Positions 1 through 9,052 of a DNA stretch of 18,508 bases are shown in pieces. Every line of letters starts with the position of its first letter. Within the stretch, counting starts at the first letter, position 1. The notes under the pieces were generated by a model. The model saw only the letters and a program-made list of their open reading frames with translations. It was not told the origin of the DNA and made no database searches. Location of the stretch: the IMG/VR virus record IMGVR_UViG_2563366928_000009; one strand, 5' to 3'. The DNA comes from a virus. Its lineage: Duplodnaviria; Heunggongvirae; Uroviricota; Caudoviricetes. The position numbers and the translations under genes are program-made.

Positions 1-1267
1 GCTTCAGAATGAAATTATATGGACGAAAAATCCCTCTATGCCCATATCCTTAACCTGACTGCACCATGGCAGGTTAAATCCCTTACCCTCGATGAAAATG
101 CAGGTTCCGTTACTGTTACAGTCGGAATTGCTGAAAATACTCAGTTAACCTGTCCGACCTGCAGGAAATCCTGTTCTGTTCACGATCACCGACATCGTAA
201 ATGGCGCCACCTTGATACCTGCCAGTTCATGACATTAGTAGAAGCCGATGTTCCCCGCGTTATGTGCCCGGAGCATGGCTGCCAGACTCTGCCTGTACCG
301 TGGGCAGGTTCCGGCAGTCGGTACACTCTGCTGTTCGAATCGTTCGTGCTCTCATGGCTTAAAATCAGCACCGTTGATGCGGTCAGAAAACAACTTAAAC
401 TTAGCTGGAATGCCGTTGACGGCATCATGACCCGCGCGGTTAAGCGAGGCCTGTCGCGGATTAAAAAGCCTTTATCAGTGCGTCATATGAATGTAGACGA
501 AGTCGCCTTTAAAAAAGGGCATAGGTATATAACCGTGGTATCTGATCGCGACGGGCGGGCACTGGCATTAACCGATGATCGTGGCACAGAGAGTCTTGCC
601 AGCTATCTCCGTTCGCTTACTGACAGTCAGTTGTTGGCCATCAAAACACTGTCGATGGACATGAATGCGGGCTATATAAGAGCAGCGCGTATCCATTTAC
701 CCAATGCGGTCGAGAAAATCGCCTTCGATCGCTTCCATGTGGCGAAGCAACTGGGCGAAGTGGTTGATAAAACCCGCCAGAATGAACATCCGCACCTCCC
801 TGTTGAAAGTCGTCGTCAGGCCAAAGGTACCCGCTTCCTGTGGCAGTACAGCGACAAATGGATGACTGAGTCCCGGCAGGAAAAGCTGATGTGGTTGCGG
901 GAACAGATGCAACAGACAAGCCAGTGCTGGACACTGAAAGAGCTGGCAAAAAATATCTGGGATCGCCCCTGGAGCACAGAACGCAGGAATGACTGGTTGC
1001 AGTGGATATCGCTGGCGTCTGAATGTGATGTGCCGATGATGAAAAACGCAGCGAAAACCATTAAAAAACGGTTATACGGAATACTGAATGCAATGCGTCA
1101 TCGCGTCTCGAATGGAAATGCGGAGGCGCTGAACAGCAAGATCAGACTGCTGAGGATAAAGGCCAGGGGATACCGAAACCGGGAACGCTTTAAACTGGGA
1201 GTTATGTTCCACTATGGGAAACTGAATATGGCGTACTGAGTCTTCCCACCATGATCGGGGAAGACCC
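1..1267 (+). mobile_element. ISL3-family insertion sequence, partial; left end lies outside the window and the right end is not resolved
   Basis: Contains the ISL3-like transposase gene at 19-1239. Only 18 bp precede the start codon, so the left inverted repeat is cut off. An 8-bp-stem inverted repeat (1240-1247 pairing with 1258-1265) follows the stop codon. No terminal inverted repeat could be identified by eye. Confidence 0.45.
19..1239 (+). CDS. ISL3-family transposase (N-terminal zinc finger plus DDE domain)
   Basis: 406-aa ORF with ATG at 19 and TGA at 1237-1239. N-terminal Cys/His cluster (CPTCRKSC...HDHRH...CPEHGC) resembles the zf-ISL3 finger. Central motifs DEVAFKKGHRYITVVSD, LSMDMNAGYI and AFDRFHVAKQLGEVVDKTRQNE match the ISL3 DDE transposase pattern as I remember it. 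Confidence 0.85.
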   Translation: MDEKSLYAHILNLTAPWQVKSLTLDENAGSVTVTVGIAENTQLTCPTCRKSCSVHDHRHRKWRHLDTCQFMTLVEADVPRVMCPEHGCQTLPVPWAGSGSRYTLLFESFVLSWLKISTVDAVRKQLKLSWNAVDGIMTRAVKRGLSRIKKPLSVRHMNVDEVAFKKGHRYITVVSDRDGRALALTDDRGTESLASYLRSLTDSQLLAIKTLSMDMNAGYIRAARIHLPNAVEKIAFDRFHVAKQLGEVVDKTRQNEHPHLPVESRRQAKGTRFLWQYSDKWMTESRQEKLMWLREQMQQTSQCWTLKELAKNIWDRPWSTERRNDWLQWISLASECDVPMMKNAAKTIKKRLYGILNAMRHRVSNGNAEALNSKIRLLRIKARGYRNRERFKLGVMFHYGKLNMAY

Positions 1268-1294
1268 ACATAACTACAGTTACAGGAGGGGGTT

Positions 1295-1543
1295 ATGCGT
1301 GTTGAGATCTGTATCGCTAAAGAAAAAATCAGCAAAATGCCGAAAGGTTCTGTTCCTGCTCTGCAGCAAGAAATGCTGCGCCGCATAGGTAAGCGATATG
1401 ACGATGCAGATGTGATCGTTAAATCTGCCAGCAATGATGGACTCACCATTTTAAGAGCCGTCGATAAAGAATCAGCACTGGAGTTCGTACAGGAAACACT
1501 ACAGGAAGTCTGGCAAACCGCGGACGACTGGTTTATGCAATAA
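1295..1543 (+). CDS. dinI: DinI-like DNA-damage-inducible protein
   Basis: 82-aa ORF with AGGAGG at 1284-1289, ATG at 1295 and TAA at 1541-1543. The sequence [11 protein letters not shown]...[12 protein letters not shown] follows the DinI family pattern (MRIEV.IAK...ETWESADDWF). Size and acidic C-terminus fit. Confidence 0.85.
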   Translation: MRVEICIAKEKISKMPKGSVPALQQEMLRRIGKRYDDADVIVKSASNDGLTILRAVDKESALEFVQETLQEVWQTADDWFMQ

Positions 1544-1634
1544 CGGGATCATAATCACTGTAATGACCTGTTTTGTATGACATTCTTAAAAGGCATAACA
1601 ACGAGCTTGTCGTTTCAAGCGACTTCTTCTGGTT

Positions 1635-1661
1635 GGGGAGCCTGAGTGCTCCCCTTTTTTT
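1635..1661 (+). terminator. Rho-independent terminator downstream of dinI
   Basis: GGGGAGC (1635-1641), loop CTGAGT, GCTCCCC (1648-1654), then seven T (1655-1661). On the minus strand the hairpin is not followed by a U-tract, so it is unidirectional. Confidence 0.6.
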
Positions 1662-1957
1662 CAGCTAAAAATCAGCATACAGCCATACAATCCCGCACAG
1701 GCCACCACCGGCACCACAAAATCCATCAGACTGGCCACATTCCACACACGCGGATCAAAACCGCCCCACCACGGCATGTTCTGTCTGTGACCATCACCAA
1801 AACGCTTAATCCAGCGATATTCTGCCTGGGTATGTTCTCGGGCAATAAAGAACGTACAACCCGCTATCGCTCCGTAAACCCAGTCACCGGTAATGCACCC
1901 GACCAGCCCCTGCACGGCTACTGCACAAATTGCATGAAGTATCGGCGTGATATCCAT
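1661..1957 (-). CDS. small hydrophobic protein (98 aa, two predicted transmembrane segments, possible lipobox LVGC); function unknown
   Basis: ATG at 1957 preceded by a GGGGAG Shine-Dalgarno; TGA at 1661-1663. It starts 9 nt after the stop of the upstream 92-aa gene. Hydrophobic N-terminal (ILHAICAVAVQGLVGCITGDWVYGAIAGCTFFIA) and C-terminal (LMDFVVPVVACAGLYGCMLIFS) segments. I do not recognise a family. Confidence 0.55.
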   Translation of the reverse strand: MDITPILHAICAVAVQGLVGCITGDWVYGAIAGCTFFIAREHTQAEYRWIKRFGDGHRQNMPWWGGFDPRVWNVASLMDFVVPVVACAGLYGCMLIFS

Positions 1958-1966
1958 CTGCTCCCC

Positions 1967-2245
1967 TTAAAACCACTCCCTGAGCGGGCGCTCTGGTGTA
2001 ACCACCCACTCACGGAACACGGATTCATCAAAGCCATCGTCAAGAAGACGAATATTAACAAAGTACCCTTCGTCTCGCGTGTATTCAGGCTCCCCGTCAG
2101 CAGAAACACCTGACTCACTGAACGTAAAACCAATCTCATCAACCAGAATGGCATTCTGCAGCTCTTCGTCCTCTTCCCAGTTAAGTTTCCTGAGAAATGC
2201 CCTGAAATCTGCTTTATCACTGAAACGCAACGTGAAATCTCTCAC
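1967..2245 (-). CDS. small acidic protein (92 aa) translationally coupled to the tail fiber gene; function unknown, possibly a fiber chaperone
   Basis: GTG start at 2245 overlaps the tail fiber TGA (GTGA overlap). A GGGGAGG Shine-Dalgarno lies 7 nt upstream. Open frame of 92 codons with no internal Met. Rich in Asp/Glu. Not similar to lambda Tfa by eye. Confidence 0.5.
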   Translation of the reverse strand: MRDFTLRFSDKADFRAFLRKLNWEEDEELQNAILVDEIGFTFSESGVSADGEPEYTRDEGYFVNIRLLDDGFDESVFREWVVTPERPLREWF

Positions 2246-4302
2246 TCCACAACCTCCCCAAGCTGCGCATCTGTTAGCTCTTTATGCCAGAGACGAAAAT
2301 TCCTCACATGCCCAAATAAATGGCGTAATCCTGCTGTAGTTTGTCCACCAATGCGAATGATTGCTGTACTCCGGATATATTCCCATGTGGTTTTTGTTTC
2401 GCTGGATATACGCCCGTTACTTACTGCACATGTAGACTGATCTGACTTTACACGCATCCCCATAACCATTTTTTTCAACGATGCGTTTTCGTTAACACGC
2501 CTATTTGATCCACCAATATCGCAATAAGGAAATCCGTCTGGCCCATCTGCCGAAGATCCGAAGCCAAGAATAATAGCCGCTCCGGTTTGATGACCGCCGG
2601 TATCAAAAACACGTGGCGCTGCATTTGGCGTTTTATACCAGTTCTTATGTACCTCACAAAGAACCGTAAAAGGAAGATTATAAAGATTATTCTTAATCGG
2701 AACTGTAACCATATCGCTTGCGCGCGTCGCCGCCGTCGTTCCTGATATAATAAAAGATGATACACACGAACCATCCTCAACCTGAGGGGTGGCCAGATAA
2801 ATATAGTCACCAGATTCAACGACACCACCTTTTTTTGGTGCGTATTGTATTGCAGAGGTTATGTAAGTTTCTTTACTTGCTTGAATCGTTGCCTCTACAA
2901 AAATCCAGCCCGTAGCTTCATCTTTGCTAACTCGTGCGGTGAGCCTGTCGGCAGCTACACCGGTGATTTCAACCAATAAAGACCGCGTATTAACAATGGC
3001 ATATCCAAGATTAGATGAAGCGCTGCCATCGAAGGCTTCAAACCTGATCCTTAACAGGAGTTCCAAATCCGTTTTAAATCTGCACGATGTCGTCACACAC
3101 TTATTATCGCCTGATACATCGACAGCCCCCGAGGTTGAAACTACTGCCATATTAAGGGTTGTACTTTGCCCAATTAATGATTCATTACAAACAAACTTTC
3201 CATAAGTAAAACCAAAACTATCAGTTCCAACCTCAGCGACATTCATATTTGCAGATTTACCCCAAGAAGCTGGAGTTGCTGAATTCAACATGTAGTTGGT
3301 TCGCTGACCTTCAATCAATAAACCTTCTTTTTCAAATCGTGGCTCATTAATTTCCGCCGTTTTCAGTTCGCCAGATTTGTTGATATATGTTGCCGTTGAT
3401 GCGCGACTGAAATTAACCTGTTTATCACTGGCAACCTGAACCACATTATCACCAATCTTCACTTTTTTATAACCCGGAGAATAGCCCGTAATCATATCCA
3501 GCGAATCATTAAAGGGTATCCACACATCCGGCAGCGGCTGTAAAACATATCTGTACGGCTCTGCTGTCTGGTTTGCGTATTCTCTGGCAGCATCTTCACT
3601 TGCTTTTGCTGCCGTCTGGCTTGCTGCCGATGCTTTCGCCGAGTTCGCCGCCGCTGTTTCGCTCACCTTTGCGTTGGCTTCACTGTCTTTGGCATTCGTC
3701 TCACTGGTTTTCGCTGCCGTCTGGCTGGATTTTGCGTTTTTTTCGCTGGCCTTTGTGGCTGTCTCGCTATTTTTCGCGCTGGTTTCTGATTTTTTGGCTG
3801 CTGTCGCGGAGTTTGCCGATGCAGTCTGCGAGGCCGCTGCCGCCTGTGCGCTGTTAGCTGCATTCGTTTCTGAGGTTTTCGCCGCATTCTTCGATGAGGC
3901 TGCTGCCGTTTCGGATTTCTTTGCCGCCGCTGCACTCTGTGATGACGCTCCGGCATGACGTGCCACTTCATTCACCATCAGCTCAAAACGGCGCAGTGCC
4001 TCCGGACGAACATCATCCTCCGTCATGGCGCCGAGAAAATCATTCAGCGTACCTGGTCTGGAACCTTCATAGACGGTAATGGTCCCGGCATGTGAAGGCG
4101 GAAAATCTTCAACCAGCAGGGTGACGCTGTACTGGCCATACTCAACATCCATGCTGTAACGCCCGGCTTCATCCGGATTTTCAGAGGCCACCGTGTTCAC
4201 CACCACCGTGCTGCTGGTCCGTCTGGCCTTCAGCACAATGGTGCAGTTCTGTACTGGTTTTCCTGTGCCATCTTTAAGCACGCCAGAAATTTTTACTGTC
4301 AT
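2242..4302 (-). CDS. stf: side tail fiber protein: lambda Stf-like N-terminus, Ala/Ser/Thr/Lys-rich shaft, divergent C-terminal domain
   Basis: 686-aa ORF, ATG at 4302. N-terminus MTVKISGVLKDGTGKPVQNCTIVLKARR...GRYSMDVEYGQYSV...PPSHAGTITVYE is near-identical in pattern to the lambda Stf N-terminus. The middle is low-complexity repeats (KKSETAA, KTSETNA). The C-terminal roughly 400 aa is unrelated to lambda Stf; its ending (FRLWHKELTDAQLGEVVE) is reminiscent of concanavalin/LamG-like folds, but that is memory-based. Confidence 0.9.
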   Translation of the reverse strand: MTVKISGVLKDGTGKPVQNCTIVLKARRTSSTVVVNTVASENPDEAGRYSMDVEYGQYSVTLLVEDFPPSHAGTITVYEGSRPGTLNDFLGAMTEDDVRPEALRRFELMVNEVARHAGASSQSAAAAKKSETAAASSKNAAKTSETNAANSAQAAAASQTASANSATAAKKSETSAKNSETATKASEKNAKSSQTAAKTSETNAKDSEANAKVSETAAANSAKASAASQTAAKASEDAAREYANQTAEPYRYVLQPLPDVWIPFNDSLDMITGYSPGYKKVKIGDNVVQVASDKQVNFSRASTATYINKSGELKTAEINEPRFEKEGLLIEGQRTNYMLNSATPASWGKSANMNVAEVGTDSFGFTYGKFVCNESLIGQSTTLNMAVVSTSGAVDVSGDNKCVTTSCRFKTDLELLLRIRFEAFDGSASSNLGYAIVNTRSLLVEITGVAADRLTARVSKDEATGWIFVEATIQASKETYITSAIQYAPKKGGVVESGDYIYLATPQVEDGSCVSSFIISGTTAATRASDMVTVPIKNNLYNLPFTVLCEVHKNWYKTPNAAPRVFDTGGHQTGAAIILGFGSSADGPDGFPYCDIGGSNRRVNENASLKKMVMGMRVKSDQSTCAVSNGRISSETKTTWEYIRSTAIIRIGGQTTAGLRHLFGHVRNFRLWHKELTDAQLGEVVE
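3590..3960. repeat. imperfect short tandem repeats inside the tail fiber gene (encode the Ala/Ser/Thr/Lys-rich shaft)
   Basis: Recurring GCTGCC/GTTTCG/TTTGC-type units on the plus strand, corresponding to repeated K-[ST]-SET-xA peptide motifs. Confidence 0.5.
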
Positions 4303-4313
4303 ACTTTTCCACC

Positions 4314-4348
4314 AATAAAAAAAGCCCGCAGCAGTGACGCCACGGGCT
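4314..4348 (-). terminator. terminator-like hairpin plus U-tract between lom and the tail fiber gene
   Basis: On the minus strand: AGCCCG, 14-nt loop, CGGGCT, then TTTTTTTATT, followed directly by the tail fiber RBS (GGTGGA) and ATG. Stem is only 6 bp. Confidence 0.5.
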
Positions 4349-4453
4349 TCAGGACAGTGTAACTTTACGTTTCCTCAAACGCAGTTCACCCCATAAGGCG
4401 GATGAACCTGCGTATCATAACAATATTTACAGAAGATAAATCGGCGTCTGTTG

Positions 4454-5053
4454 TCAGAAACGGTATCCGATACCAACAATAAATGCATCCGTTCGCCAGT
4501 CGCCACTACCGGAACCTTCATAAGCAAGGTCAATGGCCACGGATTCGGTCGGGTTAAACTGCACGCCAGCCCCCCACGCCAGAGAGGTATTGCTGTGGCG
4601 ACCGTCATCACTTCCGGTCAGCACGTCGTGCTTTTTCCCCTTGTTGTCAGTTACGCGGAGATAATCCCCGGAGAAAGTCGACACACGGCTGTAAGCCACA
4701 CCCGCCATCGCATACGCGCTGAACCATTCATTCACGCGCACAGACGGCCCCGCCATTACGCTGAACCAGCGGTTACGCACGGAATCTTCATGCCAGCGGG
4801 TATCGCTGTAGTGCGTTTTTTGCTCATCCTCAGCATTGGCATAACTGAAGGACGTAATCAGCCCCAGCGCGTCCGTAAACTCATAACGGTATTTCACGTT
4901 AATCCCGTTCAGATTATCGCTGCCGGGAGCGTTCGTACGGGCATGAAGATACCCTGCGCTCAGTGTGGACTGATGTTCAGACGCCCATGCAGGCGCACTG
5001 GATACGGACAGACAGATGGCTGCGGACAAAATGGCTGCACAAACTTTACGCAT
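4454..5053 (-). CDS. lom: Lom outer membrane protein (Ail/Lom/PagC family beta-barrel)
   Basis: 199-aa ORF with ATG at 5053 and a GAGAGG RBS. Signal peptide MRKVCAAILSAAICLSVSSAPAWA. C-terminus AIDLAYEGSGSGDWRTDAFIVGIGYRF closely matches lambda Lom (VVDIAYEGSGSGDWRTDGFIVGVGYKF). Confidence 0.92.
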   Translation of the reverse strand: MRKVCAAILSAAICLSVSSAPAWASEHQSTLSAGYLHARTNAPGSDNLNGINVKYRYEFTDALGLITSFSYANAEDEQKTHYSDTRWHEDSVRNRWFSVMAGPSVRVNEWFSAYAMAGVAYSRVSTFSGDYLRVTDNKGKKHDVLTGSDDGRHSNTSLAWGAGVQFNPTESVAIDLAYEGSGSGDWRTDAFIVGIGYRF

Positions 5054-5074
5054 AATTACCTCTCGCTTTTCTGC

Positions 5075-5101
5075 AATAAAAAAGGCGCCATTTCTGGCGC
5101 C
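5075..5101 (-). terminator. Rho-independent terminator between J and lom
   Basis: On the minus strand: GGCGCC, loop AGAAAT, GGCGCC, then TTTTTTATT. It sits 20 nt after the J stop, immediately before the lom RBS. Confidence 0.6.
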
Positions 5102-5120
5102 CGTATTGGGGTTATAAAAT

Positions 5121-8100
5121 TCAGCTAATCGTGATGCCTGCAGTGGCTTTCTTCATCACAACAACCAGCAAATCGCTGATACTTGCTGTGGGATACCAGC
5201 CATTTACCCACCATGCTGATACAGAAAACTCCAGCGTCATGTGGCCGCGACCAGCAGGCATATCAATAACACCACTGTAAACCAGCGTATTATCCAGCGC
5301 GGTACGGTTATAAATTTCAGCACCGTTTTTCCGTACTATCAGGCGGCATGACGAATAAATATCGTTATTCTCCCGCTCATGTCTGGCACCGCTGAATGCC
5401 ACCGCCGGAATAACAATTTGCCGGTCAAACGGCTGATCGTCATAAACCCTGACGGTAATGGTCCCTGATGGCCACCTCTCCGGTGCACGGGAGTCACGGG
5501 GGAAAGCCTTACCCACTGTTTTAACGAGATCGCCTTCAATCTGGTTTGCAGACAGTTTCCCTCTGATGACACAGTTCTCGTTAATGGTGACATTATTGAG
5601 CGTGCCGGTATTCGCCGTGATGGCTCCACTGATATCCGCATTGCGGGCTGCCAGCCTGCCATCCGGCGTCAGGGAAAACGTAGGAGGATTGCCGGATGAC
5701 GTGATGCTCACCGCAAACAGTCGCTTCAGGAACACGTCGTTCATGAACAGCTGATTCCCCTGCGCCACAAACAGCGGCGTGGTGTTGCCATTCTCCGGGG
5801 TAATCATCGCGATACGGTCCGCCTGCAGCAGAATACTGCTCAGCGTCTGACCATCAACATCCTCAATCCCCGCACCAATCCCGGCCACATAGGGAATACC
5901 GTTTTTTGTTTTCTGCACCTTCAGCATATACATGGCATTCAGCTCATTGCGCGTGTCTGACTGAACCCGCTGGATTTGCTGTATGGTCACGGCCTGGTCA
6001 CCCAGTTTTTTATCCGTGGTCGAGGTAATTTCACTCCCTTTTTTATCCACGTACTGGCGGACCTGTGCTATCTGTCGGGCATTTTCTGACTGCCCCTGGC
6101 TGACAGTCTGTGAGATTTCACTGCTCACCCGGTCCACTTTCTGGCTCACCTGCGCGATGGCCAGTGTCTGGTCCTCATTCTTTTTCGCAACCAGCTGCGT
6201 GAGGCTGTTTTCCGCCTCCCCGATTTTCCGGGTCACTTCTGCGATATCCGTGTCCATCCGCTGACGGATGTCTTCTTCCAGTTGCGTGACCTCCGTACGC
6301 AGCGCTGAAGCATCAATGCGCTCTTTCAGTGCCTGGCCCAGAAGCGTCTCATCTATCAGACCACGGAAAAATTCCAGATACCCTTTTGCATCATTGCTGG
6401 CCTGCCCGCTGGCTTCCACAAATGCAGACTTGCCCACCAGGTTGACACTGCGCACATAAAACCAGAAATCCGTCCCCGGCTTAATCCGATCGCCCTGGAC
6501 AGTCCACTGACTGCCGGTCCCCAGATAACGGGCAGATTTTTCCACCTGTGCCGTGTTCGTGATGCGTTTTTCCGAAAACCAGAACTCAAACTGCACCGTC
6601 GGGTCATACACCGCCAGCACCGGTACCGCCGTTATCTGAAAATACCCCGGCGTCAGCTCAATGGTGGCGGGTTTTGCAGGCGCGTTAATCCGGAAGGTGG
6701 TGGTCGCAGGTTCGCCCTGCTGGCCGTAGCTGTTAATGGCCCGCACCGTCAGGGTGTATTCCCCCAGCGGCAGACCACTGAAACGGTGCTCCGTGTCTGC
6801 GGTGATGGCGGTGCTCACCAGACGGCTGTCTTCTCCGCTTCCGCTGGTCAGACGCAGACTGAAGCGCACACCCTTCACCACCCGCGGCGTGTCCCATTTC
6901 GCCTGTGCCAGATACTGACCGTCAGCTGCACTCACCTCCACCGTCAGGTGCTGCACTGCCGGTGGGATAACGCTGTTCAGGCTGCCTGACTGCGGCTCAA
7001 AGCTGGCCCCGTTATCCACAATGGCTTCTTTTTCCGGTACGTGCTGCACCGCCGTGATGGCGAACGTGCCGTCCGTGTTTTCCCGGATGGAGACACAGCG
7101 GAACAGGCGACGACGCAGTGACGGCAGGGAGAGTCCCCACACCCCGTATGTCTCCACACCATCCGGCAGGGTGCTGACCTGTATCCGGTCAGGCGCGGGG
7201 TGTGCGGTGATGGCCACGCTCGCCGGCTTACCGCTGCCGTTAATCAGATTAACAGTGGCCGTGCCGGTCTCCGGCAGTGTCACCTCCCGGTCCAGCGTCA
7301 GGGTACGGCTGGCGGCATCGATGGACAGGACACGTCCGCCGGTCATGGTCCCGGCATAGTCGTTATCACAGATTTCAATGATGTCACCGGGTGTGTGACG
7401 CAGCCCCTGTGACCCAAGCGTGAAATCCACCGTCTGCGTTTCCAGCAGTTCGGTCTTTATCACCCACAGCCCGGCACGGTGGGCCTGACCGCGGCTGGTA
7501 CAGCCGAACGCGTCCATCTTCAGCAGGTTGCATCCGTAGCGCAGTATGGCTTCCGGGTCTTCCACCAGTTCCGTGGAGGTCTGCCAGCCGTTCTGCGGGT
7601 CGGTGTAATTCACCTCCACTGCCGTGTGCCGGTCCTTCAGGGCACTGAAGCTGTAGCGGAAACCCACGCCGTTATCATCCACCACCACATCGCTGTTGGT
7701 GTACGGCCACACCACATCCGACGGGCGGTCCTGAACGAACGTCAGCGTCTGACCGTTCCATACCGGCATACAGCGCATCGCAGAGCAGAAATCACTGAGA
7801 ACGTCCCACGCCTTACGCTGTTGTGCCAGGTACGCATAAAAGGTCATCCGCGGCTCGGTCCCCCCGAAACCATCCGGGACCGTCTGGTCGCAGTACTGCC
7901 CGATGGCATACAGCGCCCACTTGTCCACATCCGCCGCCCCCAGACGTTTTCCCATGCCGTAGCGCGGGTGAGTCAGCATGTCCCACAGACACCAGGCCGG
8001 GTTGTTGCTGTATGCCGGTTTCAGGCTGCCGTCCCAGATACCACTGTACGTGCGTTTTTCCGGGTCATAGTTTGACGGCACCTGGATGATGCGACCGCGG

Positions 8101-8813
8101 ATATGGTAGTTCACCGTCATCTGCTGGCCGCCGAACTGCTCCGCATCCACCTGCAGCCCCACAATGGCCGTGTTCGGGTAGCACTGTTTCACATCGATGA
8201 TTTCGGTGTATGACGACCACAGCGTCTTATTCTGCAGCTGGTCCGTGGTGCTGTCCGCCGTCTCCCTGACCATCCGGATGTTAAAGGGCCGGGGAGGCAG
8301 ATTATCCAGAATCACCGAGGCCAGGAACTGCGAGGTGGTCTTGCCGTTAATGGTGACATCCTTTTCCGTCACCCAGCGGCCATTACGCTGTAACTGAATC
8401 AGAATCCGGACAGAGGAAGGATTACGGTCGCCCTTTGACGTGGTCTGCACCAGTGACTGCACCCCGAAGGTAACCCGCAGGCGGTCAATGTTCGCGGACG
8501 TAATGGTGCGCGTCACCGGTTTTGCCTTCGTCACTTCCACGCCCAGTCCGGTTTCAGCTCCGGAGGACTCAAAGCCTTCCGGTGGTGTCTGCTCCTGCTC
8601 CCCGGCACGCCAGACCGCGGTCACACCGTGTATCACGGGATTACCGTCCGTGTCCGTCAGCGGGGTTTTGTTCACCAGGATACTCTGCAGTCCCTTCACC
8701 GGACCTTCTATCGGTCCCTCACCAATCGCATCAATCACACTCATCATCTGCGTGGATTTGAGATTATCCTTCGCCTCACGAGGCGTGTGTGCCTTACCGC
8801 CACCTTTTCCCAT
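5121..8813 (-). CDS. J: tail tip host-specificity protein J (central tail fiber)
   Basis: 1230-aa ORF, ATG at 8813 with a GGGGAAGG RBS. Long stretches are near-identical to lambda J ([22 protein letters not shown]..., [50 protein letters not shown]). It has a longer coiled-coil segment than lambda J and a diverged C-terminal receptor-binding region. Confidence 0.95.
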   Translation of the reverse strand: MGKGGGKAHTPREAKDNLKSTQMMSVIDAIGEGPIEGPVKGLQSILVNKTPLTDTDGNPVIHGVTAVWRAGEQEQTPPEGFESSGAETGLGVEVTKAKPVTRTITSANIDRLRVTFGVQSLVQTTSKGDRNPSSVRILIQLQRNGRWVTEKDVTINGKTTSQFLASVILDNLPPRPFNIRMVRETADSTTDQLQNKTLWSSYTEIIDVKQCYPNTAIVGLQVDAEQFGGQQMTVNYHIRGRIIQVPSNYDPEKRTYSGIWDGSLKPAYSNNPAWCLWDMLTHPRYGMGKRLGAADVDKWALYAIGQYCDQTVPDGFGGTEPRMTFYAYLAQQRKAWDVLSDFCSAMRCMPVWNGQTLTFVQDRPSDVVWPYTNSDVVVDDNGVGFRYSFSALKDRHTAVEVNYTDPQNGWQTSTELVEDPEAILRYGCNLLKMDAFGCTSRGQAHRAGLWVIKTELLETQTVDFTLGSQGLRHTPGDIIEICDNDYAGTMTGGRVLSIDAASRTLTLDREVTLPETGTATVNLINGSGKPASVAITAHPAPDRIQVSTLPDGVETYGVWGLSLPSLRRRLFRCVSIRENTDGTFAITAVQHVPEKEAIVDNGASFEPQSGSLNSVIPPAVQHLTVEVSAADGQYLAQAKWDTPRVVKGVRFSLRLTSGSGEDSRLVSTAITADTEHRFSGLPLGEYTLTVRAINSYGQQGEPATTTFRINAPAKPATIELTPGYFQITAVPVLAVYDPTVQFEFWFSEKRITNTAQVEKSARYLGTGSQWTVQGDRIKPGTDFWFYVRSVNLVGKSAFVEASGQASNDAKGYLEFFRGLIDETLLGQALKERIDASALRTEVTQLEEDIRQRMDTDIAEVTRKIGEAENSLTQLVAKKNEDQTLAIAQVSQKVDRVSSEISQTVSQGQSENARQIAQVRQYVDKKGSEITSTTDKKLGDQAVTIQQIQRVQSDTRNELNAMYMLKVQKTKNGIPYVAGIGAGIEDVDGQTLSSILLQADRIAMITPENGNTTPLFVAQGNQLFMNDVFLKRLFAVSITSSGNPPTFSLTPDGRLAARNADISGAITANTGTLNNVTINENCVIRGKLSANQIEGDLVKTVGKAFPRDSRAPERWPSGTITVRVYDDQPFDRQIVIPAVAFSGARHERENNDIYSSCRLIVRKNGAEIYNRTALDNTLVYSGVIDMPAGRGHMTLEFSVSAWWVNGWYPTASISDLLVVVMKKATAGITIS

Positions 8814-8919
8814 ACAGCCTTCCCCTGAATAAATTAACCGCCACTTGCCATTCCGTACAGAAGTCGGATATCCTTCGCCCGAAAAGCATGAAACACATTT
8901 CTGCCATGCTAAAGAGAAA

Positions 8920-8952
8920 CCCCGGTATCAGCAGATACCGGGGTTTTCTTTC
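8920..8952. terminator. strong hairpin with U-rich tracts on both sides (potentially bidirectional terminator) in the I-J spacer
   Basis: 10-bp perfect stem CCCCGGTATC (8920-8929), loop AGCA, GATACCGGGG (8934-8943). Followed by TTTTCTTTC on the plus strand and by the equivalent of TTTCTCTTT on the minus strand. Confidence 0.55.
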
Positions 8953-9018
8953 ATGCCCACCGATAATCCTGTTGGTTAAAACCGGTAATGGCATAAAAAT
9001 TCTGAATATCTTCACATT

Positions 9019-9046
9019 TTCACAAACTGACTGTGGCGCGTATAAT
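9019..9046 (+). promoter_or_regulatory. near-consensus sigma70 promoter on the plus strand, antisense to the tail operon
   Basis: -35 TTCACA (9019-9024), 16-bp spacer, -10 TATAAT (9041-9046). Lies in AT-rich non-coding DNA between I and J. Predicted transcription start near 9052-9054. Confidence 0.5.
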
Positions 9047-9052
9047 TTCTCT

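Noticed and set aside
1270-1290. Possible LexA/SOS box upstream of dinI (CTACAGTTACAG)
   Set aside because: Does not satisfy CTGT-N8-ACAG (no CTGT half-site at the correct spacing).
2242-4302. Diversity-generating retroelement or invertible (Pin/Hin-type) host-range switch at the tail fiber gene
   Set aside because: No reverse transcriptase or invertase ORF, and no template/variable repeat pair or inverted crossover sites near the fiber 3' end.
4350-4453. Promoter for the tail fiber gene in the lom-stf spacer
   Set aside because: Only poor -10-like hexamers (TATGAT, TACACT) without properly spaced -35 elements. The spacer is better explained as the lom 3' UTR plus terminator.
4451-5128. 225-aa plus-strand ORF antisense to lom, and similar long plus-strand ORFs antisense to J, K/L, H and G/T (for example 7479-8075, 9819-10463, 10399-11136, 13820-14356, 14705-15571)
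   Set aside because: They lie opposite genes with strong, lambda-like coding assignments. Their translations are Arg/Pro/His-rich and low-complexity, as expected for antisense reading of GC-rich coding DNA. No RBS or start context supports them.
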